A DNA stretch of 42,057 nucleotides from Octopus bimaculoides (GCF_001194135.2 NC_068984.1:27520141-27562197); one strand, 5' to 3'. Shown: positions 12,812 through 25,133, counted from the stretch's first letter. Translations and numbers: made by a program. The notes: generated by a model from the sequence alone, not told the origin.

Positions 12812-12949
12812 TCTTTTACTTGTTTCTCTCATCTGATTGCGGCAATGCTGGCGCACCGTCTTTAGTCGAACAAATCGACCCCAGGACTTATTCTTTGTAA
12901 GCCTAGTACTTATACTATCGGTCACTTTTGCCGAGCCGTTAAGTTACGG
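12812..12949 (-). mobile_element. SINE 3' portion (same family as 704-845)
   Basis: Shares AAATCGACCCCAGGACTTATTCTTTGTAAGCCTAGTACTTAT and TAAGTTAC motifs with the 704-780 region. Confidence 0.8.
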
Positions 12950-13011
12950 AATAGTGGAGGCACCGAGGTTCACGAATTTGAAAGCAATTGGTGCATGAAG
13001 TGCCTACGGCA

Positions 13012-13100
13012 AGTACGAATATATTTTGTTTGCTTCCAAAGGTGGCGCATTCGACATATAACTGGCCATGAGAAAAACATGCCTTACCCTCCTCTTGGCA
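13012..13100 (-). pseudogene. Helitron Rep/Hel PIF1-like helicase C-terminal fragment (motif VI)
   Basis: The minus ORF contains CFSHGQLYVECATFGSKQNIFVL (core 13053-13079), matching the Helitron helicase motif FSHGQLYVAxSRV...NxxxL. Confidence 0.8.
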
Positions 13101-13599
13101 GCCGAAGCGCATTCTTTTCTTAGGTGACATGGCGGTAGTATTAGACTATATTTAAATTGCGAGTTTTAAAAAACGGGCAAAATGGGACACTAAAAAACAA
13201 ATTTAGCATGATGTATAAAAAGTGAACCTACAAAACGTATTATTCAAAAAAGGTGGAAGCAGGGACAGACAGCTGTGTGGACACAAAGACACTGAATACA
13301 ATATTTTCTAACGACACGTAAGCTAAAAACTAGTAGGCAGCAACAGTATGAAGGAGTTAACTTAATTGAATATGGGGACAACGAAAAATTTCAACAGGAA
13401 ATATGAAGTTAAAGTAATAATGTACGTCAAATGGTAGGCTTAACCTGTAAGCCGAAGTACGTATCAGATATGCACAAAAGCGCATCAATGATTACGATTT
13501 GACACTGGCATGATCAGGTGAACAGTGTTCCACCAATGAAATTCAATCAAGAATTAATTGGACGGGCTCATTACAGTGGACAACCTATAGTGTTAACGC

Positions 13600-14299
13600 G
13601 CATAGGTCAAAGGTCAGGTTCCCAGTTCACCCGCTAATGGTGGCGGTGGTGGAAGTGAGTAAACAATGAGGACATGGTAATAGCAGTCGTTCACACCAAA
13701 TAAGAGGCCGAAAGGGGCATCATGGCCGTGGGCGATAATAAGGTGGTTTTAAGTAAACACTAATGTACACAGATCAAAAACGTGGGGTGTGCATTATTAG
13801 TGTTCAAGCCCACATGTCAAAGGTCATGTTCACAGTTCACCCTGTGTTATCACACCATGAGCAGATGGTAATTAAAGAAAATTTGTGCTGAAGTGTGTGG
13901 GGGAGGGCATCATTACTGTAGGCGATAATAGGGGGGGGGGTAGTTAAGTAAACACTAATGTACAGAGATCAAATCAGCAAGGTAAAACTGCCCCACAACA
14001 CTTGGCGTGTGAGTAAACGGCAGAAGTTGTAAGCAAAAAAACTAAGTTTAATCCAGTAAATTGCAAATTTAATGCGAATAAACTTGACAAAACATTAGTT
14101 TAAAATGGTCAATTCATACGAAAATTGGAGCGAATCGGTTTTGGAGGTTTGGAAGTTATAGGTAAAAAAAACTTTTACGCAGTTATTCGAAGGCTTTTCC
14201 CATTTAACGCGGATTGACTTGACAAAATAAATTTAAAACAATTCTTAAAGCATGAATAATGTTTGTGCCAAATTTGGAGCAATCGGTTGGAAACTACGG
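13600..14299 (-). mobile_element. Probable Helitron-like non-autonomous internal sequence with duplicated units
   Basis: Imperfect ~190-210 bp duplication (GTCAAAGGTCA at 13606/13816; GGGCATCAT at 13715/13905; TAAGTAAACACTAATGTACA at 13750/13945). A second repeated motif ACTTGACAAAA...AAA.TTGGAGC.AATCGGTT lies at ~14082-14140 and ~14217-14290. On the minus strand a GT microsatellite precedes AACCGATTGCTCCAAATTTGGCACA, similar in layout to the element at 41710. Confidence 0.45.
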
Positions 14300-14826
14300 N
14301 NNNNNNNNNNNNNNNNNNNNNNNNNNNNNNNNNNNNNNNNNNNNNNNNNNNNNNNNNNNNNNNNNNNNNNNNNNNNNNNNNNNNNNNNNNNNNNNNNNNN
14401 NNNNNNNNNNNNNNNNNNNNNNNNNNNNNNNNNNNNNNNNNNNNNNNNNNNNNNNNNNNNNNNNNNNNNNNNNNNNNNNNNNNNNNNNNNNNNNNNNNNN
14501 NNNNNNNNNNNNNNNNNNNNNNNNNNNNNNNNNNNNNNNNNNNNNNNNNNNNNNNNNNNNNNNNNNNNNNNNNNNNNNNNNNNNNNNNNNNNNNNNNNNN
14601 NNNNNNNNNNNNNNNNNNNNNNNNNNNNNNNNNNNNNNNNNNNNNNNNNNNNNNNNNNNNNNNNNNNNNNNNNNNNNNNNNNNNNNNNNNNNNNNNNNNN
14701 NNNNNNNNNNNNNNNNNNNNNNNNNNNNNNNNNNNNNNNNNNNNNNNNNNNNNNNNNNNNNNNNNNNNNNNNNNNNNNNNNNNNNNNNNNNNNNNNNNNN
14801 NNNNNNNNNNNNNNNNNNNNNNNNNN

Positions 14827-14827
<1 letters not shown>
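14300..14827. other. Assembly gap (528 N), followed by (AC)n
   Basis: Run of N. Confidence 1.
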
Positions 14828-14879
<52 letters not shown>

Positions 14880-15434
14880 AAACAAAACAAGAAAGTCGGT
14901 CATGTTTCACAAAATCAATACAAAACTATTTTAAATTTCAATTCCGATTTACTGTGGTAAATAGGTCAAGACCAATACTATAAGAAAAATAGTTTGAAAG
15001 AAGATTTTCTAAAGTTATTTGCCAGAAAAATGATTTTTGCTTTTGAGGAACTATTCAATTTAGAAATAAGATTCATTACAATTAATATAAAGAAATTCAA
15101 AAGAAAATGTATTTCTTACAAATTATGTTTTATTTTTATAAAAAGAAAGCCTGAGAATATCAAAAGACAATTAGGTATACAAAGAAATGCAATATACAGG
15201 GACAAAAAATGTTTTTTAGATTACAGAAAGAAAATGCAAACTAGCGGTAAAATTAAAAATAAAATAATTTATGTAAATATACAGTATGATGAAACGACTG
15301 AAAAAAAATGTAAATACACTTAACAAACAAAAGAAAAAAATCGCATATCAACACGAAATAGATTCACAGGCATACATATAAATACAAATATGAATTAACA
15401 TCTTTTTATTGCTTTGTAGAAAAACTTCTTGAAG

Positions 15435-15470
<36 letters not shown>

Positions 15471-15546
15471 ACACACATACACACACACACATACACACAC
15501 ACATGTATGTACATTCCTAAATATGTATGTATATGTATAAGTCTAC

Positions 15547-15697
15547 GTGTGTGCGTAAGAACATTGCATCTCAACAATTTGAGTTCGAGTTCAGTCTCAC
15601 AGTGTGGCATCTTGAGCAAGTGTCCTCTTCTATAGCCACAAGCCGACTAAAGCATTGTGAGATGATATGGTAGATGAAAACTGGAAGAAGCCTGTTG

Positions 15698-15749
<52 letters not shown>

Positions 15750-16040
15750 AATGTATACGTGTGTTTGTATTTGTATTTCACCCTTGTCGTAACATTATAT
15801 GATGGTTGCAAACGCGTCTCAAAGTCATGTGAACACAATATTGTTCATTTCTTGTCTTCCATGAAAAATAAGTCTGACCCTGGGAAGATATTACTTTACG
15901 TGGGAACAGGTAAAAAGTTGGTGATAGAAAAGGCATCCTGTCGTAGAAATCCTGCTTCAACAAATTTCAGTCTGTCATATGCAAGTATGGTGCGGTAGAT
16001 GTTAAACGACGGCTACGGCGATGATGATGATGATGATGAA
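15547..16040 (+). mobile_element. Composite SINE: tRNA-like head, (AC)n tract, RTE-like 3' tail
   Basis: Head at 15547-15700 (GAGCAAGTGTCCTCTTCTATAGCC). The tail at ~15915-16040 (GTTGGTGATAGAAAAGGCATCCTGTCGTAGAAA...GATGTTAAACG..GATGATGATG) resembles the RTE 3' UTR at 476-613. Confidence 0.75.
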
Positions 16041-16263
16041 AAGGGTGACGATGATGTTGATACGTGTACCCTTGAAGCTTCAGCTGTAACAATATTTGGA
16101 CCTTATTAATCTAATTGGAGCGTGTGGGACCCTTATACTATGCAGTGGCGTTCAATTCGGAGAATGGTATAGTTTTTAATCCTATAGTGATAGATCCTCC
16201 ACAATTTTCCAAATATGTGTGTGTACGTGTGCATCTGTGTATGCGTGTGTGTACATATGAATA

Positions 16264-17551
16264 CAGTGTCTCACAGAAGTATGTACACCCATAAAAATTT
16301 CAGTAAAATTGGCATTACTCTGATGATATCGAAAGAAATCAAACGAAATTTATACTGAATAAATTACATTATAGGTGCAAACATTATACAAATTTAGAAC
16401 ACAAAACAATAAACATTTTCAAAGATATGAAAGAAATATTAATTTTCAAACTTACAAAAATATGTACATCCTACAGGAAATTTGCTATATTCAATATTTT
16501 ATCCACTTTTTTTACTAATTAAGATACGATTCTCATAAATCATTTCTCCTGGCATTTTTGCACCGATCATTGTTATTGCATCTGCAGGAATTTTGATTTG
16601 TGTACCGTGGGGAAAATCTTCTCCGTGGCGATTAAAATGGCACCAAAAGGAACAGCATGTCTGGAGAGTTGAAGAAAATTATTTTTAATTCGCATAAGAA
16701 TGGTTTAGGATGCAAGTTAATTAGCAAACGAATACATATTAGCGTAAACATAGAATCCAAAGTAATTCAGAAGTACAAAGCTACTGGATGGTTAAGAAAT
16801 AAACAGCGTCCAGGTCATCCTTCTAGTTTAACTGCGCGTAATATTCACCACATCCAACGTTGCGTGATGGACGACAGGCGTCGTACCGCTTCATCTTTGG
16901 CCCAAGAAGTGTGTTCTGTTAGCGGAAAGAGTGTATCCATCCAAACAATTCGCCGAAGTTTGACCCAGTGTGATCTTTATGGACGCATTCCTCGTAGGAA
17001 GCCTCTCCCCACTACCAGGCATAAACCAAGTCGTCTTTCTTTAGTCGAAACCTATGTGAGTAAGGGGAAGGAGTTTTGGAATGAAATTCTTTTTTCTGAC
17101 GAACTAAATTAAACTTGTTTGAGTCAGATTGTATTAAACGAGTATGGCGACGACCAGGTGAAGATAATAGCTACAAATGTACCGTGCCTACAGTGAAACA
17201 CGGTTGCGTAAGTGTTATGGCCGACCATGTCACCTGATTTAAATCCAATACAACATCTGTGGGGTGTTTTGAAAAGGAAGGTTGAGGAGAAAAAGCCCGC
17301 AATGTTGAAAGACATTCAGGATGAATGGAGGTCGATTTCATCGGTTATATGCGGAAATTTAGTCGACTCTATGCCCAGAAGACTTAATGCAGTCATTGAA
17401 AGCAAGAGCGATCACACTAAATATTGAATATAGCAAATAATCCTTTACGGTGTACATATTTTTGTATCATTTGAAAATTAGTGTTTCGTTCATATCTTTG
17501 AAAATGTCTATTGTTTTGTGTTCCAATTTGGTATAATATTTACATGTTTAA
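16264..17551 (+). mobile_element. Tc1-family DNA transposon, IR/DR type, right end truncated
   Basis: TA at 16262-16263, then CAGTGTCTCACAGAAGTATGTACACCC. A long inverted repeat pairs ~16370-16500 with ~17419-17551. The inner direct-repeat motif TATGTACA(T/C)C lies at ~16461, with its inverse GGTGTACATA at ~17449. The outer part of the right IR is absent. Confidence 0.92.
16637..17427 (+). pseudogene. Tc1 transposase pseudogene (frameshifts, internal deletion, E->Q)
   Basis: ATG 16637 (MAPKG, frameshift into MSGELKK). HTH region ...RRTASSLAQEV...SIQTIRRSL...GRIPRRKP, then ILFSDE, frameshift, and LFESDCIKRVWRRPGE...PTVKHG.VSVM. This is joined directly to WPTMSPDLNPIQHLWGVLKRKV...LVDSMPRRLNAVIESKSDHTKY*. 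The segment carrying the second catalytic Asp is missing. Confidence 0.92.
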
Positions 17552-17950
17552 TCTACGTATATAAAATTCTTTGTCTGTCTGTTTGTATGCCTGTTCCCTA
17601 TGCCTTCTCAAACGGCTCGACATAAAGGACATTTTACAAGGTAACAGTATCAAATCCTGTGAGTGTCAACATGTAATTTTTTTCATTTGGATTAAAACAC
17701 TATAACATTGGTACTAGTTCGGTATTACGTGTCAAAAGTGAAAGAATAAGATCTATATTGTAACGTGATATAATATTGTTTCACTTTTATTCTTTCACTT
17801 TCAATTCTAATGTAATAAGGCTATAATATTGCTTTCATCCTTGTTACCCCTTTCTCAATTTACCGTCTATATTTCTTTTACTATCGATCAGATAGAATAG
17901 AATAATGCGTAGTAATGTTTCTGAGAATGATTAATGTGTTATAAGTATCA
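17552..17950 (+). mobile_element. Non-autonomous Helitron, 5' part (3' end not located)
   Basis: A|TCTACGTATATAAAATTCTTTGTCTGTCTGTTTG is a Helitron-type 5' end. The 22-bp GTATTACGTGTCAAAAGTGAAA (17722-17743) is identical to 41935-41956. The right coordinate is approximate. Confidence 0.6.
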
Positions 17951-18619
17951 TATATGATAAATTACATAGTTGTAGGCAATGAAAAGGATTCTACGTGAAC
18001 GCTCACACTGTTCAATCTAGCAGTGGAATATGCCTCGATAAACTTTCTATCATTTTCAAGACGAAACGAAAACTACTTGTACAGTCTCCAATAGCTCGTT
18101 ATTTCGATGCACGTGATTAAACATTTAAGCCTAACAGACATTTCAGACAAATACATATGTCTAGAGTGCTGCACTCAAGGTAGTCAGATGAGTGCCTCTG
18201 TCCAGTAATTTTAGGATCCTCGGCTTGAAACTATAATATTGTTATTCCAGGGCATTGACTTGGTTGCTTCCGTGCCATGTGTCTATTCAATCAGACCTGA
18301 ACAAGGATACTAAACAACAACAATAACAATTAAAAAACTGTATAACTTTCACACAGAAAATAAAGAGTCAAAATATTGAAGTAAAGGGATATTCAGCTTT
18401 ACAATGTATATCTTCTAAGTAGATTATCGATTAGATAAGAAGGTCACGAAGTGACAGTGCCTATTTGAGAGGAAAGCTTAATTATTCAGTTGGTAAAAGA
18501 TTTTTTCTCTCAAGCAAATATTCTTTATCCAAATAAATCTGTGATATCTGTATGGCTGCAAAGCACTTAGACATTATCAAAATATAAAGAACCGGAAAAA
18601 GAAATTTAAGATAACATGT

Positions 18620-18780
18620 CTATGTAGTTAAGAATTCCACTTTGTAACCATGTAGTCCCGGGTCTGATTCAAGTGCGTAGTATTTTTGAAAACGTATTCT
18701 TTCATAATGCTAGGTTGACAAGTACCTTGTGAGTGGAATTTCACAGAATGCGAATGTTGACCGGGTGTGTGTGCGTGTGT
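18620..18780 (+). mobile_element. Degenerate SINE head (family of 15547)
   Basis: AACCATGTAGTCCCGGGTCTGATTC...CCTTGTGAGTGGAATTT followed by a GT tract. Confidence 0.55.
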
Positions 18781-18999
18781 GAATTAATATCTTTCGAAGA
18801 TTTATGTCAATGCAGTTAAGATACAAGCACTGCAGTAAAAAAAAAAAAAAAAAAAAAACGATGGTGCTCTATGGATGAACTTTGTTTTTGCACTCGTACC
18901 GTCAGAAATTTCTGGAGCTAGTGAGTAGCTCAGTGGAAACTAATAGTTTAAGACGCTGTTGTAGATGAATTGCAATATAATACAAAACTAAAAGACCCA

Positions 19000-19160
19000 T
19001 TTTGGTTGTTGGCTCTTTCTGAGTTAAAATCTTACCGAGTTCAACTATGTCTTTCATCCATTTGAAATCGATAAGATACCGTTAAGTACTGATAGCAATG
19101 GTCTCAACAAATCTCTTTTCAAAATTGATAGTCTTGTGCCTAAATCAGAAACCAGAACAG
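19000..19160 (+). mobile_element. Degenerate Nin/Deu-domain-like SINE
   Basis: TTCTGAGTTAAAATC..CCGAGTTCAACTATGTCTTTCATCCATTTGAAATCGATAA...TTGTGCCTAAATCAGAAACC, similar to the reverse complement of 36897-37112. Confidence 0.6.
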
Positions 19161-19189
19161 AAGCAGTCTGTTTGTCAAATTCGTTTCTC

Positions 19190-19572
19190 ACAACTCATCT
19201 CTTTGACAGATCTGCAGTCCTGAGTTATGCAAAAACCGAGTCAGGGCGCTTGACATCTGGCGTATTATAAAGTCCTCTAGCAGTCGAGCAATATGGTAGG
19301 CAGGAATATCACGTTGGTTTTCTATAATGAGGATTAGTGGAAGGCAAAGCAACGTCTTTCTCGGGAAAACACTGGAGTCAATAAAAATCAACAGGCTGGT
19401 CTGTTTTAAACGATATTTGAGCCAGGGCCAGATGACAAGTTCCTGAAATCTCTTGCCTGGAAGTTGTACTGTGGGACATTGCCAGTTTGAGAGAAACTCT
19501 AGACGGCTGAAGTCGGGCCTGTCCGATTTGAACGCAGAACTACACGTATTCGTCCAGAGAACTGCTGTCATT
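19190..19572 (+). mobile_element. L1/Tx1-like LINE ORF2 C-terminal remnant
   Basis: Broken + frames read TIFEPGPDDKFLKSLAWKLYCGTLPV*EKL, then SRACPI*, then ELHVFVQR. This resembles the post-RT 'W...R..LPV..KL...CxxC...ETxxHxxxxC' region of Tx1-like LINEs. The supplied minus ORF is its antisense. Confidence 0.55.
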
Positions 19573-20348
19573 TAAAAGTTTTACTTCATATATATTTTGC
19601 TTATATTTTATTCCGTTTTGCTTTCTACTGCTTCGAAATCGACAGAAAATATGCACCCATTGAGTATTGGAATCAATTTAATTGGTTGTGCCCCAAATAA
19701 GAGGTTGTACCAGATTTGGAATCAAATTTTTCAAAACAGCTTCGTTCTGTATTTGTGCATAATATGTGTAAGAAATTTTCTTAAAGATAGAAAGAATAAA
19801 TTGATTCACGTCGTATAGATATAGATTGACTCCTGTTAAATATCATGTTTTATATCTGACCATCACACTTTAACACATTTAGATAAATACTAATAAGTCC
19901 CATTTCTCCTTTACCTCACTAGAAACTAATCCATGCAGGTTATATTAGGTTCTAGTTCTTTCGAGATAACGAGGAATTGATAATATCCTTCTGGAAGCGT
20001 GCGTGTATTGTGAAGAGATGTTGATTAAAGAGGATGTAAATGATTAAGAAACCTGTCCAGAAAGCTAAATATCCTTAATAGATACCAGGTAAACGAGCCG
20101 AATACGCTGGCATGATCACGAGAAAATGTTAGCAATGTGTGTAGATCATATACATGGTGTATTAATTAAGGTAAAAGAAATGAGATTCATTAAATGTCCA
20201 CAGGTTTGCATTGCTACCTGTTTAGATTACAAATTCATTTTCATTTAGCATATTTAGACAGGAACTAAGTTTCAAGATAACTCATACTTTGTTTTGAAAA
20301 GCAGAAGTATACAGTAACTAGACAACAAGAGAAGGAGGGAGAAAGACA

Positions 20349-20386
<38 letters not shown>

Positions 20387-20479
20387 TAAAACCTCCCAGT
20401 AATTTACAATAGGTGTTGTAAAATATTGCAACAATGTGACTACAGATGTGTGGATATCAGTTCTATTCAGTATCTTTAC

Positions 20480-20713
20480 AACATAAAGAAGAAACAGATT
20501 AAGTTCACTGGACATTCGGAAAATTGAAAGGAAGAAGAATCCGGAGAAAACAGAGAGAGAAGATACTCGATGCTTTTAACCGCTGGCTATAGAATGACTA
20601 ACCGAATAATGCTTTCAGTTGTGTAGGACAGAAGGTGGAGATCCATAATCGCTGATGCTTATGAACATGGCATGAGAAAAAGAAACAGTAGCAGTAGTAG
20701 TAGTAGTAGTAGT
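20480..20713 (+). mobile_element. RTE-clade LINE 3' fragment with (AGT)n tail
   Basis: NIKKKQIKFTGH, then KLKGRRIRRKQREKILDAFNRWL, then DRRWRSIIADAYEHG (20627 onward), then an AGTAGT tail at ~20687-20713. Confidence 0.7.
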
Positions 20714-22464
20714 TATTTTTTAATCCGTTCTACAATGCATTGCTGCCGACCCACTAGTGTTGCAATTATTTAACGTTTCTATATGCGTTGCCCATTTATC
20801 CGGTGGGCGCTGAGTATCCAGGGAATCATTCGTTTGAATAGCAACTCTTGAAATGACTGCCCAAATATGCAGAGAGCGTCAACATTAGGATGTCCACCAA
20901 TTAATAAACTGATAGCAGGTATTTCAAATTGTATGATATATAGAATATGGAGTGGTACATACAAAAAAGAATAACCAGCGTGCTTTTTCTCCTGTCTCTT
21001 TCCGGTTACAAGTGTCATTCATTTGCTTAAAAAGCGCTCCATTGAAATGGATTGAAGGAAAATGTAGTAGTAGCTATTTGAAAATATTGTAGGTGTTAAA
21101 AGAAAAAATAACAAACGGACTAAGTACAGACAAGGAGAAGGAAATATGGGTTCGCCATTGGTAGGAGGCCATCGAATGAATTTAAGAGGTACAGAACAAA
21201 AACAAAAGACAAGCGCAAACAGTCGGTTGTGTTGTAGAAAAGAAATAGAGGACAGATACAGTGCTTTAGCAAAACATCTGTTTTTGAGTAAAGTTTTGGT
21301 ATTGTTTTGAAAGCAGTCATAAAATCATAATGTACGTGTGTGTAAGAAGAGTGCATATGTAATGGGTGGCCATTCCACGAGACCCCGGAAGGAAGAAAAC
21401 AATTAATTACCAAGCCAAAGTGAGCTTCATTTGAATGGCATCTCTTTTATTGTTTACTTTCGTTCTACAAATATAAATAACGTATAATATTAGGAGTCGG
21501 TTAGGTGAAAAACATCTTTAATGCATCGAGTATTTATTAATTGTAAGAGTGATATAATAAATATTAACCTCAACAAATGTTTTCTTTACACTAACAAATT
21601 ATTCTATTGAAACGAAAAAATATATAAATAAGATAAAATAAAATAAAACAGAGTGAAATAATTTTACATAAAAATTCCTTTCCACGATGTTTTTTTTTAT
21701 TGTTTTAGCGTTGTTATTCTTAATTTCTATACTGACAAACATTCTCTTATTCAAATTTATTTTGCATTTTTTATTTGCTTTTCAGTTATTCTTGTTGTTG
21801 TTCGTTTTCTCCATCTTATTCTTATTAATATTACCATTGGTACTATGACCACAACTTTAAATAAAAATGGTGATGATAATAAAGCGATGAAATTGGTTAT
21901 AGTTGTGTAATTGGCTATGTTGGTACAGTTGTAGTATTAGTTGTAGTAGTAACCGTAATGATGGTGATACATTTAATTATGTTTTGTTTTACTTTATTTC
22001 CTTTTTTGTGGGTGGCGCATTTTAAGTATCAATTAATTTATCAACTGTATGAAAAAGTTACATTGAGATTTAATTCTATTTAGCAAAAAATACAACTAAA
22101 AATATCAAACATTCTTAATAAAAGAAAAACTATGAATAAAAACACATCCAAGAAGAAAAAATTAAACAGTATTTAAAAGAAATTTCTATTGAAATTTTCT
22201 TCTTTTTTTTTTGAAAAAAAAAAATTTATTCAATAATAAATTGTTGAATTAAAACTCCTCCATTTATTTTTGAGAATCAAGAAAATGCCAGACAAGTTAG
22301 CAGGTTCGAATGAAATAACGCTTTAACAAACCTGTCTTGCCAATTTCAAAAATAACTTTTCTTGTGCTTGACTTATTCTATGATGTCGTAGAAATAAAAA
22401 TACTAACTATAATACGATTTCCTAAAACTGTTTTCTACTTTTGGCACAATTTTAATAATATTGA

Positions 22465-22535
22465 CTGGAGTCAGTTAGTCATCGACCCCAGTTCTTAACT
22501 GGTACATCAGTTTATCGATCCCGAAAGGACAAATG
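22465..22535 (-). mobile_element. Nin/Deu-domain-like SINE fragment
   Basis: ATCGACCCCAGTTCTTAACTGGTACATCAGTTTATCGATCCCGAAAGGA, the same motif class as 36955-37015. Confidence 0.65.
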
Positions 22536-23099
22536 TCTACATCCTCTTTAATCTCATGCTAGCATCAAAATGGATACAATATTAAAATAAGTATTTTGAT
22601 GAGAAACTCAATGAAAGTGTATTTTTCCCCCACACATTATAAGAACTGAGAAATCTTATGTGTTTTAATTTAGTTAAATATAATTCATCCCTCCAAGAAT
22701 AGAATATATGTCAAGTCAAAATAATATTACGACGTAATAGTGACGACAATTATACGGAATGCAAATACAGCAGTGTTTCACACATTTATTACAGTGAATT
22801 GAAAATATAAACGTTTATTAATTGAGATTAAACAGGCAATTAATAGACAAAAAGCAAAAATCATTTAGGGTGCTTAAAAAGTTAAAATACAGAAACCAGC
22901 AGAAGACAGCTGTAGTAAAAACTGTCTATCGAAATTTTTGACGATGTAGACAGTTCAAATGGGACGGAACCTGGTCTTTAAAGTTAAGTGGCGTGAGCAA
23001 CAGACTTATTTCAACATATTTAGACCTGTTAGACCTTCTCGGTGAAACATATTCTACTTAGCTGGCGTGTTCCGTCCAACTAGCGTTCAAAATAATAAT

Positions 23100-23450
23100 T
23101 TTTTCTATCGTCCTGGCCTAATAGCCCTTACCGTTTGTTTTCACTGTCTTGTTTTTACCGTCTTGTTCTCACTGTCCTGTTCTTAACACTTTCACCCTCC
23201 GCAAAAATTCCAAATTTTATTTAATTTGCTTTGTGGGAAGGATTGTTCCAACAAAGTCGTGTATTGTCCCTGCCTTCGACACGCGGAGTAGATTGACAGG
23301 GACAACTGATGAAGGAGAATATTCTTTATGTTGCATGTCTCGTTTCTCTGTTTATTTCGTTGCTCGAAAAAAGTTTGTTTTCTGTTTTCGTCTTTGTTTT
23401 CGTTTCTCATTGTGTTTAACACTATTTTGTGATGTCCTGTACTCATATAT
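23100..23450 (+). mobile_element. Possible Penelope-like terminal repeat with partial hammerhead-like architecture
   Basis: Pyrimidine-rich short tandem units (23140-23185), then GTA-TTGTCCCTG-loop-CAGGGACAA-CTGATGAAGG (23261-23315), then a T-rich tract ending in a microsatellite. The family assignment is inference. Confidence 0.4.
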
Positions 23451-25062
23451 GCATGTATATATGTAGATGTAGGTATGTACATATATGTATGGATATATGC
23501 ATATATTATTTATATTATTATATGTATATATATATAAGTGTGCATTTGTGTGTGTAGATTGTTTAAAGTGGTGTACAGACTTTATATATTAAGAAAAAAG
23601 AAGCAGTCAAACTTTTGGATAATTATTTATCTAGCGCTTTCATCTCGTATCAGATATTCATCAGGAATGATTTTTTTACAGAAACTTTATGCTTTTCATA
23701 TATATGTGAGTTAGTAGAAAAAAATCTGGAGCTGAATTGGGATGAGAATGTAATGTTCTTTGTAATTTTGAATTTATGGGTATGTGTGTATATGTGTGTG
23801 TGTATGAGTATATTTGTATGCGTATCTAAGTATGTGTGTGTGGTCAAAGAGAAAAAGGAAAATTGAAAGAGAGAAAGACGAAAAGAAAAAAGAAAGAGAG
23901 AAAGAGGTAATTTTCTGAGTGATTGAAATTGGATTGTATTGTTTGGCCTGTTGTATGCAACCCAGTTGTAGAAAGCGGTCATTTTCTGGCATGGTTCAAA
24001 TTGATAATTTAAGAGGTCGATTTTTAGTCATGGAATTTTATTGTGTCGGTTGTTATGTATGTATGTATGTATTTGTGAATGGAGAGAATGATGCTGGTTA
24101 TATCAGTCGATACGGTTGAGTAAAAATACTCCATATAAGCAATGCAGCTCACTTAATTACATTATTGGGATCCTACCATATTTGTACTTAGTATACAGAA
24201 TGCTTGCCTGAGGTGTTTTCCTTCAGCCATATGGTTGATTTCCATAATTAACGTCATTGCACTCCTTCTGTTTCTACACACACACACACACGCACACATG
24301 TATATATTGATTGATCTTAGTCTTGCAAATTGAGTAAAATACACTTCGCTGAAAAGGTTTAAGAAGATCAAAATATGTCTATTATTTTTATCTGTTGGTT
24401 TAAAAACCAGATCCACTTCAACCTTTTTTTTTATCTATATTATACAAAAATTTCGATTCATCGATTTCCGTGATCTCCCTTTGTTGCTGATTTTAGCTTG
24501 TAAACTCTCAGCGAGTTTTTGATTAATAATTGCTTACATAATCTAATTAATCAAAGTTTTTCAACTCATTATATTTGGCTTTGTTCATAATATGGGATGT
24601 ACACTCCAGCTAATTTAATTATGGCGTGGAACATAATGGTATGAATGGAAAGGATTGAAACCTGTTCTGCTTCGCGTGGTTACACCGGTAGATACAAAAA
24701 TACGATCGAAGTATTTTTCTTTTCTTAATGATTTTCGAAAAGCTCACGTTTACACTTAGATGTAAGTAGGTGAAACAAGTGTGGGTCTAACCGTTCAATC
24801 AATAATTACTAGACAGACACACAAATAAGAAGTTCCTAAATTGAAAACTGCATTGTTTTTATCCCTAAAATATTTACAGCAAATCAAGTATGCAATATAT
24901 TTTTGCTTTTCAGTTTGACCTGTTTTCTATCATATTGAGAAAGCTATTGAAGGTCACTATTTCTCAATTCGTTTTCCTTTCACAACTCTAACTGGTATTA
25001 TACATACATATATATGCGTGTGTGGAATAGTATTATAGCACATCCTTTTGATATATGCATAC

Positions 25063-25130
<68 letters not shown>
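25063..25130. repeat. (GT)n/(AT)n microsatellite
   Basis: Directly visible. Confidence 0.95.

Positions 25131-25133
<3 letters not shown>

Noticed and set aside
14175-14983. ORFs of about 200-240 aa across the first gap, and the similar ones at 31566-32076
   Set aside because: They are mostly X from N runs plus microsatellite translation.
19188-19571. 127-aa minus-strand ORF as a host gene exon
   Set aside because: It is better explained as the antisense of a + strand Tx1-like LINE remnant.
20780-21400. Class A GPCR-like reading on the minus strand (ISMERFL, FFFVCTTPYSIY, LCIFGQSFQELL), with a TM1/TM2-like stretch at ~25230-25390
   Set aside because: The motifs lie in different frames with stops, the TM6-to-TM7 spacing is about half the expected length, and T-rich DNA gives hydrophobic translations by default. 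A + strand 96-bp exon candidate (21093-21188) in the same DNA is equally unsupported.
22920-23077. Short inverted repeats (AACTGTCTA/TAGACAGTT and GGACGGAAC/GTTCCGTCC)
   Set aside because: 9-bp stems without supporting context are near chance level in 42 kb.
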